From NCBI GenBank assembly GCA_963821525.1, contig CAWGED010000005.1, positions 256,001 to 320,000 on the forward strand: a stretch of DNA of 64,000 nucleotides, in the 5' to 3' direction. A program made the position numbers and the translations under genes. Below are positions 40,676 to 51,044 of the stretch, piece by piece (position 1 is the stretch's first letter; every line of letters begins with the position of its first letter). The DNA is from an uncultured Gemmatimonadales bacterium (GTDB lineage: Bacteria; Gemmatimonadota; Gemmatimonadetes; Gemmatimonadales; GWC2-71-9). The notes below the pieces were generated by a model. The model did no database searches. It saw only the letters and a program-made list of their open reading frames with translations, and was not told the DNA's origin.

Positions 40676-43600
40676 TTACGGTTGCAGCAGGTCTCCCCGT
40701 CCTTCCAGCTCTCCGCGACTCACCCCACCGGGCGCCCCATCCCACCACCACTGCTTCTCCAGCGTCTTCTTCCGCGGCCACACCTCATCGAGCGTGTTGC
40801 CGTCGTAGAGCCGGCCATTCTTCATCACGTACTTGATCGAGGCGGTGTTATGGATGTCATCCAGAGGATTGGCATCGAGCACGATCAGATCCGCGAGCTT
40901 CCCCGGTTCGACCGAGCCCAGGTCCTGGCCGAATCCGATCGCTTCTGCGCCGAAGATCGTGGCGACCCGAAGCACATCGTGCGGCTTCATCCCACCCGCG
41001 CTCATCGCCCAGAGTTCCCAATGGTCGCCCAGGCCGTCCATCTGGCCGTGGCCGCCCAGGCCCACGCGGCCTCCCGCCTCGACGATCGCCTTGGCGCCGG
41101 CGGCAATCTTCGGGAAGATGTACTGATTTTCGCGGAACCAGGGACGCCGCTCCGCCCGAATGGCGATCTCGTCATAGGGCACGAAGCGCCGGACCTTGGG
41201 GTTCTGCATGATGTCGAAGCGCTCGTAGAAATAGTTCTCGCTCCACGGGCCGCCGTAGGAAACCAGCAGAGTCGGGGTGTAGGTGATGCCTGACTTGGCA
41301 AAAACCTCTACCACGTCCTTGCTGAGCGGTGTGATGGGCAGGCTGTGCTCGTGCCCCGGGTAGCCGTCCATCGCGATGGTCAGGTTCATCTTGAAGTCGA
41401 GCCCGCCCTCCGTCGTGGGCATCAGGCTCTGCTCCTTGGCGGCCATGATGACCCACTGCCGCTGCTTCCGGTTTCCGACCATGTACTGCTTGATGGTGTT
41501 GGTGTGATAGAAGTCGCTGTAGCGCTTGAGCGCGTTCCTCACGTCGTCCAGACTGGTGAAGGGCTCTTCGAAGTAGGTGCCGAAGACACCGGGCCCCGTG
41601 TGATAGATGCGCGGCCCGATCAATTGGCCTGCTTCCACCTGGTCCGCATAGGTCAGGACGTCGGTCGTGTTGGTCTGCGGATCGCGCACGGTCGTAACGC
41701 CGTAGGCGAGATTGGCCAGGTACTTCCAGACCTGTGGCTCGTGGATGCCGAAGGTGGGCCAGGGATGGGCGTGGATGTCCACGAATCCCGGAATGATGGT
41801 CTTGCCCGCGGCGTCGATCGTGCGAGCGCCGGACGGCGCTGTGCAGGCTCCCACGCACACGATACGGTTGTCGGTGACGACGACGTCGCCCTGATCGATG
41901 ACCTCGTCGCCCTTCATGCTGATGATCCGCGCTCCCTTGAGCACGACCGTCCCCTGGGGAACATCGCGCGGGGCGTAGATCGCGATGTCGCGCCTGGACG
42001 GCTCATAGGCCGGTGCCTTGGCCAGCGAATCGTTGCGCGCCTTGGTGGCCGAATCGGGCTTGGCGGTCGTGTCGGCCTTGAGGGAATCGGCCCGGGCCGA
42101 ATCCCGCGTTGCCTTCACCTTCTCCATCGAGTCGGCGGCAGCGGGATCGTACTGGAAGAAGCTCCGTCCCAAGGCCCAGGTAATGCTCTTGCCACCGGGT
42201 CCCCATCCAATGAAATCCCCGCCGATCTTGGTCAGCCGCTTGGCGGGGAACGCCGAGGCCGACGGGTCGGCGATGCTGATGGACAACGGCTCCTGCCCGG
42301 TCATCGGCAGGTTGACCATATAGACGTAGTTGTTGACCAGTGCCACGACCTGCTGGCTGTCCGGGGAGACGAGAATCTCATCCGCCACATTGGGCTCTGC
42401 CATGGGCGCGTTGGCGGTGAAGCCGGTGATCTTGATGCGCGGCCGACGGTCGGTTCCGTCGTAACGCATCGAGACCAGGCCTTCCTCGGGATCGTAAATG
42501 AAGATCAGGTTCGGATCGCTGGAGAAATGCGGACGGCCTCCGGGCCTCATGGGTGAGACTCGGGTGAGCGCACCGCCAGCCGCAGGGAGCCAGTCGAGCT
42601 CATAGCCGGGCCCGAACGCCTCGTTCACCCGAGCCTGGCGGGGACCCCGGATGACGACGATCCGTTGTCCGTCAGGAGACCACGCCGGACCCTGATAGAA
42701 CGCGGGATCCGCACTCAGCCGTTCCGCCTTGCCGCCGGTGGACTTCACCCGTTGGACATATCCGCCGGCATTGCCCCAGGTGATGTACGCGACCCACTTC
42801 CCGTCCGGGGACCAGACCGGGTTCTGTTCGTGCACCGTGTCGGAGGTGAGCCGCTTCGGCGTGCCATTGGGCAAGTCCAGCGTGTACAGCCGATCGAGCG
42901 CCGAAAACAGGAGGCGCTTCCCGTCGGGAGAGAGCGACGGGTCGCGAATCTGCTTCAGCAGGATTTCGCCGGTATCCACCTTGAACTCGAACTTGACGAG
43001 GGGGCCCATCTTGAGATGGACCGCGGCAGAGAAGGGGATCTCGGCTTGCTTACCGGTCGCAACCTCGATCTTGTAGATCTTCCCGTTCCAGGCACTCACC
43101 ACGTAGCGGCTGTCGGGCGTGAAGGACGACCCGGGCAGCAGGTCGCGAGTGAAGCGCGACTCCATGTCATCCCGCTGAATCGGGTAGGCCAGCCACCGCT
43201 CGTCCCCCGTGGCGAGGTTTCGCACCCGGAGGCCGGTCTGCGCATCCCGCCGGTTGCCGTAGACCAGCCATTGCCCGTCGGGAGAGAGCATCGGACGGAA
43301 TGCGCTGCCGTAGGCGTCGGTCTGTGGGAAGACGCGACCGGTGCGCCGGTCGAAGATCGCGAGCTGCCACTGGGTGATGTCGATGTTGTAGCCGAAGCCG
43401 CCCCGCTTCCTGGCGTACCAGACGTAGCGGCCGTCGTTGCCGAACGCCGGGCCCATGGAGTTGATGTTGGTGCCCCGGCCGGTGCCGAGTGCGCCCTGGC
43501 CCTTGTCGTCCTTGGTGAGGGAGACTCCGGGACCACCGTCCTTGTGGAACATCCACAGCTGGTAGCTGCTGCCGATCGGAGAATTGGTCTTCGAGGCAAT

Positions 43601-44020
43601 GATGTAGTTGCCGTCCGGCGTCCACTCCGGCGAGGCGTAGAGCGAATTATCCCCCTTACTGACCAGCTTGGTCTTGCTGCCGTCGGGATCCATGGTCCAC
43701 ACGTTCTCGGCGCCATCCCGATCGCTGAGGAAGACGATCCGTTTTCCGTCGGGCGACCAGCGTGGCTGCGAGTCGAACGGCGGCCCCGAGGTGATCGCCT
43801 TGGTCGTACCGCCGCTGATCGGCATGGTGTAGATGTCGCCCAGCAGCTCGAAGACGATGGTTTGACCGTCGGGCGAGACGTCCAGCGACATCCAGGTGCC
43901 CTCCGTGGTCTCGAAATCGAGATTCCGGTCGGCGACCAGTGGAAGGCTGTCGGTCTTTTTCTTGGTGGTATCGGCGGAGTGGACCAGCGTAGCGAGCGCC
44001 AACGTTCCGATGAGGAGCAT
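40676..44020 (-). CDS. Secreted PD40 beta-propeller / amidohydrolase fusion protein
   Basis: Repeated (W/L)SPDG; IIPGFVDIHAH, GHEHS, GSVEPGKLADLIVLDANPL, VMKNGRLY; 1114 aa. Confidence 0.92.
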   Translation of the reverse strand: MLLIGTLALATLVHSADTTKKKTDSLPLVADRNLDFETTEGTWMSLDVSPDGQTIVFELLGDIYTMPISGGTTKAITSGPPFDSQPRWSPDGKRIVFLSDRDGAENVWTMDPDGSKTKLVSKGDNSLYASPEWTPDGNYIIASKTNSPIGSSYQLWMFHKDGGPGVSLTKDDKGQGALGTGRGTNINSMGPAFGNDGRYVWYARKRGGFGYNIDITQWQLAIFDRRTGRVFPQTDAYGSAFRPMLSPDGQWLVYGNRRDAQTGLRVRNLATGDERWLAYPIQRDDMESRFTRDLLPGSSFTPDSRYVVSAWNGKIYKIEVATGKQAEIPFSAAVHLKMGPLVKFEFKVDTGEILLKQIRDPSLSPDGKRLLFSALDRLYTLDLPNGTPKRLTSDTVHEQNPVWSPDGKWVAYITWGNAGGYVQRVKSTGGKAERLSADPAFYQGPAWSPDGQRIVVIRGPRQARVNEAFGPGYELDWLPAAGGALTRVSPMRPGGRPHFSSDPNLIFIYDPEEGLVSMRYDGTDRRPRIKITGFTANAPMAEPNVADEILVSPDSQQVVALVNNYVYMVNLPMTGQEPLSISIADPSASAFPAKRLTKIGGDFIGWGPGGKSITWALGRSFFQYDPAAADSMEKVKATRDSARADSLKADTTAKPDSATKARNDSLAKAPAYEPSRRDIAIYAPRDVPQGTVVLKGARIISMKGDEVIDQGDVVVTDNRIVCVGACTAPSGARTIDAAGKTIIPGFVDIHAHPWPTFGIHEPQVWKYLANLAYGVTTVRDPQTNTTDVLTYADQVEAGQLIGPRIYHTGPGVFGTYFEEPFTSLDDVRNALKRYSDFYHTNTIKQYMVGNRKQRQWVIMAAKEQSLMPTTEGGLDFKMNLTIAMDGYPGHEHSLPITPLSKDVVEVFAKSGITYTPTLLVSYGGPWSENYFYERFDIMQNPKVRRFVPYDEIAIRAERRPWFRENQYIFPKIAAGAKAIVEAGGRVGLGGHGQMDGLGDHWELWAMSAGGMKPHDVLRVATIFGAEAIGFGQDLGSVEPGKLADLIVLDANPLDDIHNTASIKYVMKNGRLYDGNTLDEVWPRKKTLEKQWWWDGAPGGVSRGELEGRGDLLQP

Positions 44021-44147
44021 GGGGGCGGGATGGGTTGGATGTGGGAATGGAGGGGGGCTTAGCCTTAGGCCTAAACGCCACCTCCTACGGCGACCGACTA
44101 AGCTAACGCCTACGGCTTGCCTTCCAGCGGAGATTCAGAGTCGCACT

Positions 44148-44539
44148 TCAAGATGGGGGGGACCCCGGCTCTTTGCTAATAAAGGAGCCGAGGAATACGC
44201 CCACTACTGCACCGACGCCGGCTCCCAGCAGTGCCGCAGCCGATGGTATTGCCGGTGCAGCCTCCGTTGTCCGCGGTGTCAGAGTCGGTGCAGAGACTGT
44301 TGGCAATCAGTGCCCCCAGCTATTCCCACCGCCCCGGCACCGATCGCCATCCCCTCCCATCGGTAGTCCTTTGCCTTAGTGGTTGCGGCGCTCGACTGGT
44401 CGTTGGAATCCAGGGCCGGGCGCCACTGCAGTTCGGCGAACCGGACAGCTTCCTGCGCGGCGAGGCTCTTGGTCTGTGCCTGAAGCTGGCTGACGAGGAG
44501 GCCGGGGAGAAGCAGGAGCGCAACCAATTCCTGGCGCAT
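44148..44539 (-). CDS. Small secreted glycine-zipper-like protein (two apparent frameshifts)
   Basis: Signal peptide; GMAIGAGAVGI..; reconstructed CTDSDTADNGGCTG..AALLGAGVGAVVGVFLGSFISKEPGSPPS-TGA. Confidence 0.55.
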
Positions 44540-44583
44540 CGATGAGATTCCTTGTCTACGGTGTGCAAGTCGAGATGGGCGTT

Positions 44584-45414
44584 CTACTCTCCTGCCGCAA
44601 GGTTGAAGATCGTTCGGAACGCACGAAATACCTCCCGAAAGTCCTGGTGCTGATACGCCACAGTGCGGGGGCCGGTCCGCGTTACGCCCGGGGCCATCTG
44701 CGCCAAATCGGCTTCGACCGTCACCCGAAAGTCCACCTCGAGCGCAAAGGGAGGCGGCAGCACCAGCGGACGGAGCGCGCTTAAGGACTTCACTGCCTGC
44801 TCCGCGGCGGTTCGGATCCGGTTACAGGCCTCCAAGGGTGAGAGGCTCCGCGCTGCGTTGCGGCTCAACGCCGTCTTCACGATCACGGTCTTCACCGCCG
44901 GACCGAGCAGTTGGCCTGCCTCGGACGCGAGGGCCTGGTCTCCCGATACCAGGACCACCGGCACGTTGTAGGTGCCCGCCAGCAACGCATTCAGGCCCAG
45001 CTCACCCAGAGAAGTCCCGTTCACCCGGACGTCGAGGATGCGGTCGGTGTAGGTGTGATCGAGTATCGCGTTCCGGGTCCCGGCCCGGGCATGATAACCA
45101 ACGAAGAACGCCGCGTCGTGGCCGGCCTCGATGCCTTCCATCATGGACCAGGTCTTGGGGCCTCCGCTCACCAGCTGCGCCGCGGGATGGAGCTGCTCAG
45201 CCAGGAGGTTTCGCATCAGCCAGTGGCTGTCATTGACCACCACCGCGGTGGCGCCACCCGTCAGCGCTCCTTCGATGGCGGCGTTGGCTTCCTCAGTCAT
45301 CTGGGCTCGGAACCGGTTGTACTCGCCGGCACAGCGGGGATCGATGGGATTGGTCTGATCCTCATGCACCACACCCGCGATGCCTTCCATGTCCACCGAG
45401 ATGTAGATTCGCAT
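44584..45414 (-). CDS. dppA: M55 family D-aminopeptidase
   Basis: MRIYISVDMEGIAGV, VNDSHWLMRNL, VGYHARAG, LDHT, VSGD. Confidence 0.9.
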   Translation of the reverse strand: MRIYISVDMEGIAGVVHEDQTNPIDPRCAGEYNRFRAQMTEEANAAIEGALTGGATAVVVNDSHWLMRNLLAEQLHPAAQLVSGGPKTWSMMEGIEAGHDAAFFVGYHARAGTRNAILDHTYTDRILDVRVNGTSLGELGLNALLAGTYNVPVVLVSGDQALASEAGQLLGPAVKTVIVKTALSRNAARSLSPLEACNRIRTAAEQAVKSLSALRPLVLPPPFALEVDFRVTVEADLAQMAPGVTRTGPRTVAYQHQDFREVFRAFRTIFNLAAGE

Positions 45415-45446
45415 GGCGACCAATCTAACGTTTGACGGGAGTTCCG

Positions 45447-46445
45447 ATGCGGCGAATACCGACGCTGGGGTTGTTGCTGCTCTTGTCGCTTGATCTGCCC
45501 TATGCCGAGGCGCAGAGCGACAGCGCCGCCACGCTGGTACTGGGACGACGGTACACCCAGCTCTTCTACGCCGACAGCCTGGATCCGATCTGGGCCGCGA
45601 TGACGCCCGAGATGCAGAAAGTCCTCGGTAAGGAGGCCGGCCTCGAGGCGTTCCGTACTCAGGTGACCGAGGAGATTGGTCCGGAGGTCAAGGTGATCCG
45701 GGAGAAGCTGACCGACACACTCGGTGTGCGATTGTATGCCCGGGTGGCCTCGTTCGAACGGTCTACCGCGTCATTCACCGTTCAGTGGACCTTCGATTCG
45801 GCTTCGCGTGTTGCCGGGTTCTTCATCCGGCCGGCACGGGAGGAGGCTCCGTCCAAATACCTCTCCTACCAGACCAAGACCGATCTCCGGCTTCCATTCC
45901 GCGGCGACTGGTATGTGTTCTGGGGCGGTCGCACCATTCCCGAGAACTACCACGCCTTCACGACCGACCAGCGCTTCGCCTATGACCTCGTGATTCGTCG
46001 AGATGGCTCGACTCACACGGGAGACGGGCTCGAGAACAAGGAGTATTTCTGCTTCGGCCAGCCGGTCCTCGCTCCGGCGGCCGGAACTGTGGTCGAAGCG
46101 GTGGATGGAATCCCGGATAATCGGCCCAGCAACATGAACCAAACCCAGGCACTGGGCAACCACGTCATCATCGACCACGGAAACGGGGAGTACTCCTTCA
46201 TCGCCCACTTCAAGAACGGAACGGTGCTAGCGAAGCAGGGACAGCAGGTGGGCCAGGGCGACCAGTTGGGCGAATGCGGCAACAGCGGCAACTCGAGCGA
46301 GCCCCACGTCCACTATCACCTGCAGACAACGGCGGTGTTCGGGAAGGGGGAAGGGCTACCTGCCCAGTTCCAACGCTACTACGCCAATGGGAAGTGGGTC
46401 GAACGAGGCGAACCCACTCGCGGGCAGTCGCTTCGGGTGCCCTGA
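45447..46445 (+). CDS. Secreted M23 family peptidase with N-terminal DUF3887-like domain
   Basis: Signal peptide; NYH..QRFAYD, VLAPAAGTVV, GNHVIIDHGNGEYSFIAH, GNSGNSSEPHVHYHLQ. Confidence 0.88.
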   Translation: MRRIPTLGLLLLLSLDLPYAEAQSDSAATLVLGRRYTQLFYADSLDPIWAAMTPEMQKVLGKEAGLEAFRTQVTEEIGPEVKVIREKLTDTLGVRLYARVASFERSTASFTVQWTFDSASRVAGFFIRPAREEAPSKYLSYQTKTDLRLPFRGDWYVFWGGRTIPENYHAFTTDQRFAYDLVIRRDGSTHTGDGLENKEYFCFGQPVLAPAAGTVVEAVDGIPDNRPSNMNQTQALGNHVIIDHGNGEYSFIAHFKNGTVLAKQGQQVGQGDQLGECGNSGNSSEPHVHYHLQTTAVFGKGEGLPAQFQRYYANGKWVERGEPTRGQSLRVP

Positions 46446-46511
46446 GTGCCTCCTGACGAGAACGCAACTCGTGTTACTAAACCGTGCGACCGACCCAGCA
46501 CCTTCAACAGC

Positions 46512-46618
46512 AAACGCAGAGGCGCAGAGAACGCAGAGGGACCAAATCTTGATTCTGGGTTCTCCCCCCCCCCGAAACCTTTCGCTACAATCTCTGCGTT
46601 CTCTGCGTCTCTGCGTTT
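46512..46618. repeat. Inverted pair of (CGCAGAG) 8/9-mer arrays
   Basis: aaacgcagaggcgcagagaacgcagag / ctctgcgttctctgcgtctctgcgttt; 27-bp stem with one G-T pair. Confidence 0.85.
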
Positions 46619-46670
46619 CTCAATCTGGGAGCCAATCACCAAGTCGTAGTCCCGTGTTGCAGCTCGGCCC

Positions 46671-47060
46671 TCAGCCCCCAACAATGGCCTCGGCTTCGAT
46701 CTCCACTACCATGTCGGGATGGATCAGACTGGAGACTTGCACCATGGTGGTGGCCGGCCGGATGTCCCTGAAGAACTCGCCGTGCGCTCGACCCACTTCC
46801 TCCCACTTGGTGATGTCGGTGACATAGGTGCGGGTGCGGACGACATCGCGGAGCGTCGCACCGGCCTCGATCAGCGCCTTCTCGATGATCTGCAGTGCCC
46901 GAGTGGCCTGTGCGCCGGCATTGCCTGGCGCCACAACCTTGCCATCGGGGCCCAGGCCGACTGTGCCGGATACGTGCACCGAGTTGCCAACCCGCACCGC
47001 TCGCGAATAACCCACCACCGGTTCCCACGGCGCTCCGCTCGAAATATTCGTTCGGCCCAT
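46671..47060 (-). CDS. RidA family protein
   Basis: [59 protein letters not shown]. Confidence 0.92.
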   Translation of the reverse strand: MGRTNISSGAPWEPVVGYSRAVRVGNSVHVSGTVGLGPDGKVVAPGNAGAQATRALQIIEKALIEAGATLRDVVRTRTYVTDITKWEEVGRAHGEFFRDIRPATTMVQVSSLIHPDMVVEIEAEAIVGG

Positions 47061-47389
47061 TAGTAAACTCTGCCTCCCAGAGGTACGTCGCGTTCGCTGG
47101 CGAGAAGGACTACACGTCCCCGCTCATCGGGGAGTCCGAGGACCAGGACCTCGGATTGAAACCCTGCGATGGAACGAGTCCCCAGGTTCACCGCGGCAAT
47201 CACCTGACGCCCGATCAGGTCTTCCGGGGTGTAGAGATCGGTGAGCTGAGCACTCGACGCCTTAACGCCGAGTGGTCCGAAATCGATGCGGAGCCGGTAC
47301 GCCGGCTTTCTGGCAGCAGGATGTGGCTCCGCCTCGGTGATCCGACCTACCCTTAGGTCCAATTGCTGAAAAGCTTCGTAAGCGCTCAT
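47060..47389 (-). CDS. csaA: tRNA-binding / export chaperone CsaA
   Basis: [52 protein letters not shown]. Confidence 0.9.
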   Translation of the reverse strand: MSAYEAFQQLDLRVGRITEAEPHPAARKPAYRLRIDFGPLGVKASSAQLTDLYTPEDLIGRQVIAAVNLGTRSIAGFQSEVLVLGLPDERGRVVLLASERDVPLGGRVY

Positions 47390-47543
47390 GTCTATGAATC
47401 CGTGCGTTAGATCACAGACTACGTCACCTGGAGAATGTCGGCAACATTACCTGATTTTGGGGTGCCATTGATATTGGGACTATTGTACTTTGTGAAGAGG
47501 GTTGTCTCGTGAGCCCCCAACCTTAATGAAGAGGTTATGACCA

Positions 47544-47726
47544 GTGCTGATTCTCAATCGCCGCCAGGGAGAGGCGATTCTCATAGACGGCGGCATCCGG
47601 ATAATCGTCCTGTCCAGCGATCGCAGGGGCGCCAGGATCGGGATAGAGGCACCAACCTCGGTAAATATCCAGCGCGAGGAGCTGATAACTCGGGCGGCGG
47701 CGGTGGAGCAAAAGGTAGAGGACTGA
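47544..47726 (+). CDS. csrA: Carbon storage regulator CsrA
   Basis: MLILNRRQGEAILID, RIGIEAPTSVNIQREEL. Confidence 0.92.
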   Translation: MLILNRRQGEAILIDGGIRIIVLSSDRRGARIGIEAPTSVNIQREELITRAAAVEQKVED

Positions 47727-47751
47727 GGATCCTGACGTGCCTGGATCTGAC

Positions 47752-47788
47752 AAAAAGAAACGGCCCCTCGAATCGAGGGGCCGTTCTT
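47752..47788. terminator. Intrinsic terminator, probably bidirectional
   Basis: 12-bp stem AACGGCCCCTCG-aat-CGAGGGGCCGTT, A-tract on the left, ctt on the right. Confidence 0.8.
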
Positions 47789-47804
47789 CATTGGGATTGA
47801 TCCC

Positions 47805-47906
47805 TTAGCCAAACGAGGTACTGGCGCTCCGTCGCGAAAGGGCCCTCACCACCCGTGCGGCGATCTCGTTACTGCCGAGGATCATCACGAACAACGCTTT
47901 CAGCAT
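47805..47906 (-). CDS. Small 33-aa protein (not in ORF track)
   Basis: MLKALFVMILGSNEIAARVVRALSRRSASTSFG; GGAGGGGG SD before ATG; followed by a terminator with U-tract on this strand. Confidence 0.5.
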   Translation of the reverse strand: MLKALFVMILGSNEIAARVVRALSRRSASTSFG

Positions 47907-48115
47907 TTTTCCCCCTCCGCGATCTGGGACCGATTCAGACGCTACACCGGTATTAGACAAGATTCGGGCCAGAAAGTTCCATCTGCCATACGGCTGGAGG
48001 TCAACGGGAAAAAAGTCTTGGGGGGTATGGGGTTGGGGATTCCATCCGGCTTCGGCCGGTCTCCCACGTCAACGGTTCAAATCGAGACGATGATGAGGTG
48101 TTGAGGACACGCCGG

Positions 48116-49102
48116 TCACTTGGGTGCACCACTGTCCGAGGCATAATGGCACGCAGCTAAGGAGGCGCCGAGCCGGCGGAGCTCGGGCACCTCGCTGGTG
48201 CAGCGCGAGTCCCTGGAGGGGTGAAAGCATCGGGTGTTGAACCGGCACCCGGACGGCGGACGAGACGGGCTGGGAAGGTCCCCTCGCAGAACGATCCGGT
48301 CCCTCTGGTCCGAGGGATTCGGCTCGGGGACCGCCGATAGGAGGGCTTGGGTGTAAGGATGGCGCGGCCGGGCCAGCACCTCCTCGGTGGGCCCGATTTC
48401 CACGATCCGCCCCAGATACATCACAGCGACCCGTTGGGCGATTTGTCGCACCACCGCGAGGTCATGGGCGATAAACAGGTAAGACAGTCCACGCCGTTGC
48501 TGCAGGTTCATCAGGAGGTTGAGTACCTGCGCCTGGACCGACACATCGAGCGCGGAAACCGGCTCGTCGCAGACGATGAACGCTGGCTCAACCGCCAGCG
48601 CCCTGGCAATGCCGATACGCTGGCGCTGCCCCCCGGAGAACTCGTGGGGATAGCGTTTGGCGAACGCCGGATCCAGTCCGACCTCTTCGAGCAGACCCGC
48701 CACTCGCCGGGGAATCTCGGCCTTGGGAGCGAGCCGGTGTATCTCCAGCCCCTCGGCGATGGCGTCGCCGATCGTCATGCGGGGGTTCAGGGACCCGTAG
48801 GGATCCTGGAAAATGATCTGCATGCGACGGCGCAGAGGCCGAAGCGCCCCATGATCCAGGGCAAAGACATCCCGGCCCTCGAAAACAGCCTTCCCGCTGG
48901 TGGGCTCCTGTAGTCTGAGGATCGTGCGGCCAACCGACGACTTTCCGCATCCCGATTCCCCTACCAAGGCCAGTGTCTCGCCCTGACCGATCTCGAAAGA
49001 CACTCCGTCCACGGCCCGCACCGGCGGCGTCGACCGATTGAACAGACCCGTGGCGTGGTAGTGCTTCACGAGGTCGGTGACGGTTAGGATCGGGGTGGAC
49101 AT
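48116..49102 (-). CDS. oppF: Oligopeptide ABC transporter ATP-binding protein
   Basis: [59 protein letters not shown]. Confidence 0.92.
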   Translation of the reverse strand: MSTPILTVTDLVKHYHATGLFNRSTPPVRAVDGVSFEIGQGETLALVGESGCGKSSVGRTILRLQEPTSGKAVFEGRDVFALDHGALRPLRRRMQIIFQDPYGSLNPRMTIGDAIAEGLEIHRLAPKAEIPRRVAGLLEEVGLDPAFAKRYPHEFSGGQRQRIGIARALAVEPAFIVCDEPVSALDVSVQAQVLNLLMNLQQRRGLSYLFIAHDLAVVRQIAQRVAVMYLGRIVEIGPTEEVLARPRHPYTQALLSAVPEPNPSDQRDRIVLRGDLPSPSRPPSGCRFNTRCFHPSRDSRCTSEVPELRRLGASLAACHYASDSGAPK

Positions 49103-49105
49103 TTA

Positions 49106-49243
49106 GGTCGGTAGTCGGTCGTGGGTCGATGGTCGATGGTCGAGGTCGTGGTCTCTGGGGTGTCAGTCCTGCGTCTCGAGGTTGGATTGCGGTAGACTGT
49201 AGATCAGGGTCCATGAGACCCAAGACCCATGACTCATGACTCA
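49106..49243. repeat. Degenerate heptamer arrays (GAGTCAT/GGGTCTT after oppD; CGACCAT before oppF, read on minus strand)
   Basis: ggtcgatggtcgatggtcgagg and agacccaagacccatgactcatgactca on the plus strand. Confidence 0.7.
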
Positions 49244-50202
49244 CACCCAGCCAACACCTCATCCAATGCTCCGGCTCCACCGACGCAATGGGCGGCTCCG
49301 TGGTGCACACAGGCATCACCTCCGGGCATCGGGGATGAAAGCGGCACCCCTGCGGCCAGGCGGTGGCCGAAGGCACCATTCCCTTGATCGGGGTTAGTGG
49401 CCGGATTGGGCCGGTGAGCCGGGGTATCGAGGCGAAGAGGCCGCGGGTGTAGGGATGCGACGGCTTGGCGAACAGTTGGGCCGTCGGAGCCTCTTCTACG
49501 ATCCGGCCGGCATACATGACTGCGACCCGATCGGCCCGTCCAGCGACGATGCCAAGGTCGTGAGTAATGAGAAGCACGGCCATGCCACGCGCCTCGCGCA
49601 GCCGATCGAGGACTTCCAGGATCTGGGCCTGAACGGTCACATCCAGGGCGGTCGTCGGCTCATCCGCAATCAGCAGTTCCGGCTCAGCGCTCAACGCGAT
49701 CGCGATCATCACGCGCTGGCGCATCCCGCCGCTCAGCTGGTGGGGGTAGCTCTTGAGCCGCTCCTTGGGGTCGGGAATTCCTACCTCGACCATCAGTGCC
49801 TCGGCCCGTTGCATAGCCTCGCGGCGCGACACCGGAAAGTGAGCCAGTATCCCTTCGGCGATCTGGTCTCCCGCGGTGAAGACCGGATTCAGGCTCGTCA
49901 TGGGATCCTGGAACACCATCCCGATCCGGCGGCCCCGAATCTGGCGAAGCGCCTCGCCCTCGAGTGAGAGAACATCGGTGTCGCCCAGGGTGATTCGACT
50001 CCCCTCGTCGATCTCGCCCGGGAGCCGGGAGCAGTCGAAGCACCGCAAGACTCGTCAGGCTCTTCCCGCATCCCGATTCGCCCACCAGGGCGAGTGTCTC
50101 TCCCCGTGCGACCGTGAGGTTCACCCCATCGACCGGCTGAGAGTGGCCACCGGCGGTGGAGAAAGAAACCCTCAGATTCTCAATTCGAAGGAGCGTGCTC
50201 AT
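49241..50202 (-). CDS. oppD: Oligopeptide ABC transporter ATP-binding protein (frameshift ~50040; stop uncertain)
   Basis: [59 protein letters not shown]. Confidence 0.88.
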
Positions 50203-51044
50203 GACTCGCGCGGGTCCATGGCGTCTCGCAGCGCTTCGCCGACCAGGTTGACCGACAGCACGGTGAGAACGATCGCGACACCCGGTGCCAGGCTGGTCCA
50301 GGGAGCGGAGATGATATCCGGCTTGGCGTCGAGGATCATGCCTCCCCAGGAAGGGGTTGGCGGTTGCACGCCAAGTCCCAGGAACGAGAGGCCTGCTTCG
50401 AGCAGAATGACGTCTCCGACTGCGAGTGTCGTCGCGACGGCCAGCGGCCCGAGCACATTGGGAAGCAGGTGGCGGAAGATAATGCGCCGGCGACGGGCTC
50501 CGAGCGCTTCCGCTGAGCGAACGAACTCGAGTTGGCGGATTCGCAGCACCTCCGCCCGCACCAGTCGACTGGTCCCGAACCAGCCAGTACATCCGATGGC
50601 CAGGATGAGCAGAGTAAGCGGAATGTGATCCATCACTGCAGCGATGAGCAGAAGCATGAAGAGCCGGGGCACCGCCATGGCACCATCCACCAGGCGCATC
50701 GCCGCGGCATCGACCCAGCCTCCCGCGTAGCCCGCCACCAGGCCAATCAGTGCACCCAAGGTGACCGAGAGTGCCACCGCTCCCGCGGCCACCGCGAGCG
50801 ATACTCGGGCGCCGTGGACTACCCGCGAGAGCACATCACGGCTCAAGTGATCGGTGCCGAGCAAGTGGCTGGCATTGGGTGGCCGGAGCGAGCCATTGAG
50901 AATGTCGGGCTGTGCCCGGGGGTCCTGGAGCATCGGCGGCAGGAGCAGTGCCGCGACGACGATGATCGCGAGGATGGTGAGCCCGATTCGCCCCTCGGGA
51001 CGAGCCCAGGTAACGCGGAGCGCATACCGCACGGACTCCTTCAT
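50199..51044 (-). CDS. oppC: Oligopeptide ABC transporter permease
   Basis: HLLGTDHLSRDVLSR, SAEALGA..IIFRHLLPN, LSFLGLGVQPPTPSWG. Confidence 0.93.
   Translation of the reverse strand: MKESVRYALRVTWARPEGRIGLTILAIIVVAALLLPPMLQDPRAQPDILNGSLRPPNASHLLGTDHLSRDVLSRVVHGARVSLAVAAGAVALSVTLGALIGLVAGYAGGWVDAAAMRLVDGAMAVPRLFMLLLIAAVMDHIPLTLLILAIGCTGWFGTSRLVRAEVLRIRQLEFVRSAEALGARRRRIIFRHLLPNVLGPLAVATTLAVGDVILLEAGLSFLGLGVQPPTPSWGGMILDAKPDIISAPWTSLAPGVAIVLTVLSVNLVGEALRDAMDPRES

Noticed and set aside
44060..44120. Possible AGCCGTA/CCTAAGG array pair upstream of the amidohydrolase
   Set aside because: It is consistent with the polarity rule but too degenerate to list as a supported repeat.
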